A stretch of 11,506 nucleotides of DNA from Thermoproteota archaeon (GTDB lineage: Archaea > Korarchaeota > Korarchaeia > Korarchaeales > Korarchaeaceae). The stretch covers positions 1 through 11,506 of the forward strand of contig JAVCBY010000105.1 of assembly GCA_037917625.1 (NCBI GenBank), written 5' to 3'. Position 1 is the stretch's first letter; every line of letters starts with the position of its first letter. This document shows, one piece after another, positions 1-6,391 of this stretch. The notes below the pieces were generated by a model. The model was given only the letters and a program-made list of their open reading frames with translations, was not told where the DNA came from and searched no databases. Position numbers and translations under genes: made by a program.

Positions 1-2
1 AG

Positions 3-221
3 GAGTATGAGGGATGGATCAAGAGGATAAAGGATAGCTTAAGGGCGATGAGGGTCTTCGAAAGATTGAGCGATAATGACCTCAATGAGTTAGCAAATGT
101 GTTAGATTATGAGGACGTGATAAACCTCGCTAATGGTATAGAGGTAGGTAAGGTGGCGATGAAGTTAATGAAGCACCCCTTACTAGCTACTTTCATTATG
201 AAGTTTATGAGATTGGGCTGA
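3..221 (+). CDS. 3' end of a probable geranylgeranyl reductase-family FAD oxidoreductase (partial; last ~14 codons lie in the inverted duplication)
   Basis: Open frame from the window edge, EYEGWIKRIKDSLRAMRVFERLSDNDLNELANVLDYEDVINLANGIEVGKVAMKLMKHPLLATFIMKFMRLG*, with TGA at 219-221. The LSDxDLNxLA...KHPLL pattern resembles archaeal GGR C-termini by recall; no catalytic motifs are visible. Confidence 0.55.
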   Translation, partial: EYEGWIKRIKDSLRAMRVFERLSDNDLNELANVLDYEDVINLANGIEVGKVAMKLMKHPLLATFIMKFMRLG

Positions 222-248
222 TCAGCGTGAGCTGAGAAATCGGCAAAT
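176..248. repeat. 73-bp exact inverted repeat, left copy (partner 652-724)
   Basis: ccccttactagctac...gagaaatcggcaaat is the exact reverse complement of 652-724. After one mismatch at 249/651 the match continues over tcacat (250-255 / 645-650). Confidence 0.97.
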
Positions 249-300
249 GTCACATGGAATCTGGTGTCCTCCAGGAAGTCCCGATATTCGTTGATGGGAT
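249..300. repeat. 52-bp exact inverted repeat, left copy (partner 2176-2227)
   Basis: gtcacatggaatctggtgtcctccaggaagtcccgatattcgttgatgggat is the exact reverse complement of 2176-2227. Both copies encode HMESGVLQEVPIFVDG. Confidence 0.97.
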
Positions 301-847
301 GATAAGGGAGATATCGAAGTACTACAACGCTTACTGGTCTTGGTTGAGGCCGGAGTTACAGAGGATGATAAGGGAGAGCAAGAGGGGGCTCTTCGATCAC
401 AGAGCTATAGAGGAAGTTAGGAATAGGGAGGAGCTTCTGGAGATAAGTGAGCCCTTCATAATAGTCACGACATCAGGGATGCTTCAGGGAGGTCCTGTAC
501 TGACATACTTGAAGCACTTCGGGACTAAGAGGGGAAATCTGATATATCTGACGGGCTATCAAGTGAAGGGAACTAGGGGGAGGATGCTCTTAGACGGGAT
601 CAGGCAAATCCCGATGCAAGATGGTATTATAGAGGTGAAGTGCGATGTGAAATTTGCCGATTTCTCAGCTCACGCTGATCAGCCCAATCTCATAAACTTC
701 ATAATGAAAGTAGCTAGTAAGGGGCTCAAGGAAGTCATATTAGTTCACGGTGAACCTGATAAATTGACCCAACTGAGGAGGAAGTTGGAAGCGAGAAGAA
801 TAAGGGCTTACATACCTTATGAAGGTGAAGTACTGAGGATAAAGTGA
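254..847 (+). pseudogene. C-terminal half of an MBL-fold beta-CASP ribonuclease (separated fragment)
   Basis: Contains TSGMLQGGP, GYQVKGTRGR, motif B FSAHAD and motif C VHGE. Lacks HxHxDH and the other N-terminal MBL motifs. Begins with a peptide also found inside the 1845-2927 ORF. Confidence 0.9.
652..724. repeat. 73-bp inverted repeat, right copy (native position in beta-CASP coding sequence)
   Basis: Reverse complement of 176-248. Here it encodes FADFSAHADQPNLINFIMKVASKG in frame, so this is the source copy. Confidence 0.97.
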
Positions 848-914
848 TATTATTCTGATATTACATCTGCCTCAGCTCCTTTTTAACTTACCCTCTCGGA
901 GTGACGCGATAAGG

Positions 915-1559
915 ATGCAGAGCGTAGAGGAGCTCCACCAGGATGGGTTCTTATCTAAGTTATTCTCCGCTGTACACAAGAGGAAGAAGATCTCTCTTGG
1001 TATATATGGTCCAGTCAACTCTGGGAAGACTACTCTAGCGAATAGGATATGCATGGACTTCGCCGGTAGGAAGATGGGCTCCGTGAGCAGAGTACCGCAT
1101 GAGACTAGGTCTGTGAACGTGATGGAGAACGTGATCTTGAAGCTCAAGAACGGATCCTCGATAATCATGGATGTTATAGATACTCCTGGGATAGCGACTA
1201 GGATATCTTACAGGAGCTTCATGATATATGGATTCAAGAAGGATGAGGCTATTGAGAGAGCTGCTGAAGCAGCTAGGGGTGTAGTTGAAGCTATAAGAAG
1301 TATGGAGAGGGTTAATTTAGCTTTATTAGTCATAGATTCGAGTAAGGACGCGACCTCGCAGGTAAATTGGGTAATAGCGGGTAACCTTAAGGCCAGGCTA
1401 ATCCCCTACATAGTCGTAGCTAACAAGATAGATCTGCCTTACGCTAGACCTAAGAGCGTCAAGAGGGTATTTCCAGATGATATGGTCATTCCGATATCAG
1501 CTCTGAGGGGGGATAACATCAGCTCCCTTTACGAGGCCATAGTGAGTTTAGCTAGATAG
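915..1559 (+). CDS. oapA: Era-like small GTPase, OapA/ArvA-like
   Basis: G1 GIYGPVNSGKTTLANRI, G2 PHETR, G3 DTPG, G4 NKID, G5 ISAL. The GIYGPxNxGKTTLANRI...PHETR...DTPGIAT pattern matches my recall of archaeal OapA/ArvA, and a Zn-ribbon gene follows. Confidence 0.75.
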   Translation: MQSVEELHQDGFLSKLFSAVHKRKKISLGIYGPVNSGKTTLANRICMDFAGRKMGSVSRVPHETRSVNVMENVILKLKNGSSIIMDVIDTPGIATRISYRSFMIYGFKKDEAIERAAEAARGVVEAIRSMERVNLALLVIDSSKDATSQVNWVIAGNLKARLIPYIVVANKIDLPYARPKSVKRVFPDDMVIPISALRGDNISSLYEAIVSLAR

Positions 1560-1567
1560 TGTGAAAG

Positions 1568-1876
1568 ATGCCTATAAGGACTATCCTCAAGTGCAGATGC
1601 TGTGGCTTCGAGATAGATGCTGAGAGATCAAACCTCCCCATTCCTGATGCTTGCCCATCTTGCGGGGGGAGGGAACTGGAGTTCCAAGTGGAAGTTGAGG
1701 GAGTTACTGGAGAGGAAGTTAGAGTTGAGCCCCTTCTGAATGAGGCTTTCATAAAGCAGGTATCTCAAGGTGAATACGTGATAGATATATCGACTGATGA
1801 TGTAGCTATAGCTGAACTCGAGCCCGGGGTTTACGAGATCATAATTAAATCGAGATCTTCCTCCCGATCACGATGA
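1568..1876 (+). CDS. Zn-ribbon protein, OapC/ArvC (DUF2072)-like
   Basis: CRCCG and CPSCGG knuckles, C-terminal GEYVID and GVYEI beta-hairpin repeats, located 8 nt after the OapA-like GTPase. Confidence 0.65.
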   Translation: MPIRTILKCRCCGFEIDAERSNLPIPDACPSCGGRELEFQVEVEGVTGEEVRVEPLLNEAFIKQVSQGEYVIDISTDDVAIAELEPGVYEIIIKSRSSSRSR

Positions 1877-2180
1877 AGCCAGTGTGCCCTACCATCCATG
1901 GGGCTGGCCTGGTCCTCCTCTCATTGCTCTCATATTCCCTGTCCAGAATCTCGTGAATCTCGATGAGCCCGAATCCAACTTCCCTAGCTTTCAAGACTGT
2001 CTTATTTACTTGTTCGCATGAAGGGAGGAAAGCTAGGAAAGTGCCATTTGGCTTCAGTTTCTCATGCACTTGAGGTAAGACCTCCCATGGATCGGGGATA
2101 TCTAAGAATATAGCATCAACATTCGACTCATCTATCCCATCTTTCGCATCCTTATGCTTTAATACTACATTATCGATCCC
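1845..2180 (-). pseudogene. trmI: C-terminal half of tRNA (adenine-N1) methyltransferase TrmI/GCD14, fused in frame behind the beta-CASP N-half
   Basis: GIDNVVLKHKDAKDGIDESNVDAIFLDIPDPWEVL...LKPNG...FLPSCEQV...EILDREY...RTRP...MVGHTGFIVIGRK carries the TrmI DxxFLDxPxPW, PxxEQV and RP...HTGF motifs. The N-terminal domain and SAM-binding GxGxG motif are absent from the window. Confidence 0.88.
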
Positions 2181-2227
2181 ATCAACGAATATCGGGACTT
2201 CCTGGAGGACACCAGATTCCATGTGAC
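2176..2227. repeat. 52-bp inverted repeat, right copy
   Basis: Exact reverse complement of 249-300. Its left edge is the beta-CASP/TrmI fusion junction. Confidence 0.97.
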
Positions 2228-2951
2228 TTATCAAAGTTAATAGGACTTCCTGAGCTCTACCTAGAGCGAAAGTAGGTATTATAGTGACTCCCCCACTAGC
2301 TATGACGTTCCTTATATCCTCTATGAACTGCCTCTCCACCTTCTTCCTGGAGGGATGTATATCCTCATCCCCGCCATAAGTCCCCTCTATTATCAAATAA
2401 TCTACCTTAGGGAGTTCAGTCTCAGCTCCCCTAAGTGTCCTAGTGCCAGCTGTGTTTATATCTCCAGTGTAAAGGATGCTCGGTCCATCCTCAGCTGTTA
2501 GATGTATCATTATCGATCCTAAAACGTGACCAGCGTTGAATGTCCTGAGCTCCCATCCATCTAAAGTTAAGTAATCGTTGAGCCTAACGGATCTCTCCCT
2601 CCTCCTAATGAGCTGGATGTCCTGAGTGGAGTAAGGTCTCTCAGCGTGTTCTGAGGAGAGGCTGATGAAGTCCTTCAATAAGATCTCCCCCACATCGACT
2701 GTAGGAGGCGTTACGTAAGTATCGCAATTGCATCTCCTCAGTAGGTAGGGGCTAGCTCCGTAATGATCTAGGTGAGCGTGAGTTAGGATCAAAGCCTCAG
2801 GATCCGACCTAGGCTCGGATGGGAGGAGCTTGGAGCTAGCCCCTAAATCAACGCCAAAGTCGAGTATGATGGGGCTCTTGTAGATGATCTCTACACCTGA
2901 TCTGCCGATTGACCTAGCTCCTCCCAAGAACCTAAGCTCTATTTCACCCGT
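2176..2951 (-). pseudogene. N-terminal part of a KH-less MBL-fold beta-CASP ribonuclease (aCPSF2-like); reads through into the TrmI fragment, stop at 1845
   Basis: Motifs IELRFLGGARSIGRS, LDFG, THAHLDHYG, AGHVLGS, YTGD, IEGTYG and PTFALGRAQE. The frame is open up to ACG at 2951-2949, with TAA immediately upstream. Confidence 0.9.
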
Positions 2952-4314
2952 TTAGAAGCACCTCCTTCAGGAACTCTCTAGCTTCCCTGAACTCCTTAAT
3001 CGATAGCTCCCTCCCCAATCCTATATAACTCCGAGGTAGGAATATGGCCTCAATCTCCTCACGCTTCAATATCTTGGATAAGAGCTCATCATTCAGCACT
3101 TCATCGATGAACCTTCTACCGCTCCTATGGGACCTCAAGGATATCCTCCTCACTATCTCATGAGCCTCCTGCCTTCCCAATCCCCTCTTAACTAGGGATA
3201 TCATTAGCCTCTCGCTAAGGGCTATATCACCGTACCTCTCAAGGTTCTCCTCTATCCTAGCTCTATCTATCTCTAAGTTCTCGATGACAGCTCGAAGAGT
3301 ATTTATCTGCTCCTCCAAGATGAGGAAGGCTTCAGGTAGGATAATCCTCTCCACCGAGCTGTTAGTGAGATCCCTCTCATGCTCCAGCACTACGTTCTCT
3401 AAAGCAGCTATAGCTAGAGATCTCATCAACCTAGCCAATCCGCATACCTTCTCGCTGTTAATGGGGTTCATCTTATGGGGCATCGTGCTAGAGCCCACTT
3501 GCCCCTCCTCGAAGTGCTCCTTTACCTCGCTTATCTCAGTCCTGTGCAAGTTCCTTATCTCATTAGCTATCGCATCAAGCACTGATGAGAAGAGGGACAT
3601 GGAGAGGATAAGATCAGCTAACCTATCCCTGGGGACTACTTGCGTAGTTATCTCAGGAGAGCTCAATCCTAAAGATCTTAGGACCTCGCTCTCAACTTCA
3701 AGGGGGTCCTCAATCCCTAATTCTATTGAGGCTGCGGCAGTGCCTACTGCTCCCCTAAGCTTACCGACTGATGCTTCATTCAAGGAGTTCATGAATCTTC
3801 TGATGGATCTCCTTATATAGTAAGACCATAGAGCGAACTTCATTGAGAGGGGGATGGGATCAGCTACTACTCCATGAGTTCTACCCAAGCAAACGATATC
3901 TAAGGATTCCTCCCCCTTCTCAATTATCTTCTCAAGGAGGGAGGCAGCTTCCCTCAATATTATGGATCCAGCCCTCTTTATCTGGATCCCCATGACTGTA
4001 TCCAGTACATCGTTCGATGTGAGGCCTAAATGCAAGTATTCCCCGTACTTCCCAGCTCTCTTAGAGATAGCCCTGACTAGAGCCATCGTTTCATGCTTCA
4101 CCAACGATTCCTCATTCCTCACATCTTCAAGTGTGACTTCCTCAGCCGCTCTCTCAATAGCTTCAGCTGCTTCTTTAGGGATAAATCCTCTCTCAGCTAA
4201 AGCTCTAGCGTAGAGGGCTTCAACAGATGCCATCAGCTTTATCCTATTCTCCTGCCTGAATATAGCTCGCATACGCTCAGATCCATACCTACTATCTATC
4301 GGATGGACCCACAT
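2944..4314 (-). CDS. purB: Adenylosuccinate lyase
   Basis: HPIDSRYGS start, KHET, HLGLTSNDVLDT, GRTHG, GAVGT, signature GSSTMPHKMNP and HERDLTNSSVER. Confidence 0.96.
   Translation of the reverse strand: MWVHPIDSRYGSERMRAIFRQENRIKLMASVEALYARALAERGFIPKEAAEAIERAAEEVTLEDVRNEESLVKHETMALVRAISKRAGKYGEYLHLGLTSNDVLDTVMGIQIKRAGSIILREAASLLEKIIEKGEESLDIVCLGRTHGVVADPIPLSMKFALWSYYIRRSIRRFMNSLNEASVGKLRGAVGTAAASIELGIEDPLEVESEVLRSLGLSSPEITTQVVPRDRLADLILSMSLFSSVLDAIANEIRNLHRTEISEVKEHFEEGQVGSSTMPHKMNPINSEKVCGLARLMRSLAIAALENVVLEHERDLTNSSVERIILPEAFLILEEQINTLRAVIENLEIDRARIEENLERYGDIALSERLMISLVKRGLGRQEAHEIVRRISLRSHRSGRRFIDEVLNDELLSKILKREEIEAIFLPRSYIGLGRELSIKEFREAREFLKEVLLNG
2959..2965 (-). promoter_or_regulatory. 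Shine-Dalgarno site GGAGGTG for the beta-CASP gene, inside the purB 3' end
   Basis: Minus strand reads GGAGGTG-cttctaa-ACG GGT GAA ATA GAG CTT AGG TTC TTG, a 7-nt spacer. Confidence 0.6.
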
Positions 4315-6382
4315 AAACCAACGACCTCGCCTGATCCACTAACTCCTTAGAGAGCTGCTTCCCTATACCCACTATCCTCTCCAGTTGCTCTGGCTCAGCT
4401 TCAGCTATATCCCTAACGGTCCTGTAGCCAGCTTCGTAGAGGAGCTTAGCTCTCACCCTACCCACCCCCTTCAAGGTCACCAGAGATAGTAGTTCCTCAG
4501 GAACTCCATATCTTATCCTCATTGATAATATTCTGAGCCATTCTGAGACTTTTTTCTCACCAAATAATTTCGATATTTCTGAGAAAGAGTAGCAGAGCCA
4601 CTCTCCATTCTCAGCTAAGTTCCTCAGATCGCCCGGCTCGATCCCCAGTTTCTCCTCTATCTCACCATCGCTCTGGCCTGAGATCCACATCTTAAGGGAT
4701 AGAGCCCCTCTAATCACTTGAAGGAGCTCTCTATGTGATGAGATAGGGGACTCCTCTATCGGGATCAGTGGATCAAGCTCCTCTAAAGCTTCCCTGAGTA
4801 CCTCAGTCCTACCCTTGCCGTAGACCTTCGGCATGTCCGGGAGCATGCAGAGGAGATGGAGGACCGGGAGCTCAACGTCCTCCACCCCATACCTCTTACT
4901 CAACTCATCCAAAGCTTCTATCATGATCTGAGCTGATGATGTATCTATATAGAGCTCTGAGACCCTCCTCCCTAAGGATGTAGCTCTATATGAATTTCTA
5001 ACCTCCTGGAGGAATCCAGCTTCCTTAAGAGACTCCAGGAGGAATGGTATAGTCCTCATCAAGAACCTATCTCCTCCTTGAATGTAAAGTAGGGTCTTCT
5101 CGAATATCTCGAGGATCTCTCCTGAGGATATGAGCTCCATGCTAGCTATAAGAGCTAACAAGTGATTCTTGAGCGAGGACGTATCGTGCAAGTTAGATGA
5201 TATGGGCTCGGGCTTAGAGCTTATGTACTTAAACGCCCTTTCAGCCTCACTCTGCTTAGCTATTATGTAGGCCTCCCCATGAGTATCGTAGCCGGGCCTC
5301 CCAGCCCTACCGGCCATCTGCCAGAATTCCATTATGGAGATGGGAGTCATCCTACCCAACTTAGAGTCGTACCTCATGTAAGAGCTCACTATGACTGTCC
5401 TAGCTGGTAAGTTCACTCCAGCTGCTAGAGTAGGGGTGGCTGTCAATATCTTAACTGATCCCCTCCTGAAGGCCCTCTCCACAGCCCTCCTAAGCTCGAA
5501 GGGGAGGCCAGCATGGTGGAATGCAACCCCCCTCCTCATTACGTTAGAGAGCTTCTCTAGGAGCTTAGAGGGGCCGTAAGAGGGTAAGTTAACCTCCTCT
5601 AGAGGATCCTCACAAGTCATATTGAAGTAAGAAGCTAGTTTCTCAGCCCAAGATACTGCATCACTCCTCTTATTGTAGAACACTATGGCTTGGCCCCCAT
5701 CAGTTAAGCACCTCCTCAGGAGGGGGATTATCCCCTCTCCCTCCAATTTCTTAACGCCATCAGGGTATATCAACTCCCCTCCAGCGTAAATACCCACTTT
5801 GAGGGGGACGGGTCTCCAATCAACTCTTATGGGGACTGCTCTCAACCAATTAGCTATCTCCTCTAAGTTAGTTATAGTGGCGCTTAAAGCTATCCTCCTT
5901 GAGTCATTCTCATGCATGAACTTCGATACCGCCATCTCAAGAGTGGGCCCCCTGTTAGGATCGCCCACATAATGAACTTCATCTAGGACCAATAAACTCA
6001 CTTCATTCAGCCAGGGGCTCCTGTGCCTCTGAAGGGAGTCAAATTTCTCATAAGTCATCACTATGAGGTCATGCTTCCCCAATGGCTCATCAGAGGAATC
6101 GTAATCGCCGATAGATACTCTAACGCTCCACCTATCGAAGAACTTGGAGAACTCCTCATATTTCTCATAAGCTATTGATCTCAAAGGGACTAAGTAGACT
6201 ATCTTTCCTCCCTTCTCTAGCTCCTCATTCATCACTATCTCAGCTGCTAAAGTCTTACCTGATGCTGTAGGAGCTGCTAATACGAAGTTCCCCTCGCTAA
6301 CCAATCCCCTCTCCAAAATCTCCCTCTGAGTTGGGTAAAGCTCCTTAACTCCAGCTCTCTCTAAGAGCTCATCTATCTTCAT
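4292..6382 (-). CDS. hel308: Ski2-like ATP-dependent DNA helicase Hel308/Hjm
   Basis: APTASGKT, TYEKFDS, DEVH, LSAT, FHHAGL, TPTLAAGVNLPA, QMAGRAGRP, RIRYGV and C-terminal HhH motifs (GVGRVRA, GIGKQL). Overlaps the purB start by 23 nt. Confidence 0.93.
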   Translation of the reverse strand: MKIDELLERAGVKELYPTQREILERGLVSEGNFVLAAPTASGKTLAAEIVMNEELEKGGKIVYLVPLRSIAYEKYEEFSKFFDRWSVRVSIGDYDSSDEPLGKHDLIVMTYEKFDSLQRHRSPWLNEVSLLVLDEVHYVGDPNRGPTLEMAVSKFMHENDSRRIALSATITNLEEIANWLRAVPIRVDWRPVPLKVGIYAGGELIYPDGVKKLEGEGIIPLLRRCLTDGGQAIVFYNKRSDAVSWAEKLASYFNMTCEDPLEEVNLPSYGPSKLLEKLSNVMRRGVAFHHAGLPFELRRAVERAFRRGSVKILTATPTLAAGVNLPARTVIVSSYMRYDSKLGRMTPISIMEFWQMAGRAGRPGYDTHGEAYIIAKQSEAERAFKYISSKPEPISSNLHDTSSLKNHLLALIASMELISSGEILEIFEKTLLYIQGGDRFLMRTIPFLLESLKEAGFLQEVRNSYRATSLGRRVSELYIDTSSAQIMIEALDELSKRYGVEDVELPVLHLLCMLPDMPKVYGKGRTEVLREALEELDPLIPIEESPISSHRELLQVIRGALSLKMWISGQSDGEIEEKLGIEPGDLRNLAENGEWLCYSFSEISKLFGEKKVSEWLRILSMRIRYGVPEELLSLVTLKGVGRVRAKLLYEAGYRTVRDIAEAEPEQLERIVGIGKQLSKELVDQARSLVYVGPSDR

Positions 6383-6391
6383 CCAGATCCC

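Noticed and set aside
176-724. Repeat pairs as DGR template/variable regions or CRISPR units
   Set aside because: Copies are inverted and identical with no adenine-specific differences, there is no reverse transcriptase, and there is no repeat-spacer periodicity.
845-914. TGATATTA doublet and T-tract as a C/D-box sRNA or origin element
   Set aside because: No canonical RUGAUGA C box with suitable spacing and no recognisable ORB G-string. More likely an ordinary promoter or terminator.
872-1168. 98-aa minus-strand ORF (also 1552-1752)
   Set aside because: Antisense shadows of the GTPase and Zn-ribbon genes with no recognisable motifs.
176-2227. Inverted repeats as transposon or MITE terminal repeats
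   Set aside because: The repeats are in-frame pieces of the beta-CASP gene, and there is no transposase or target-site duplication.
3284-4213. Plus-strand ORFs 3284-3820 and 3962-4213
   Set aside because: Ser/Leu-rich antisense frames of purB produced by codon bias.
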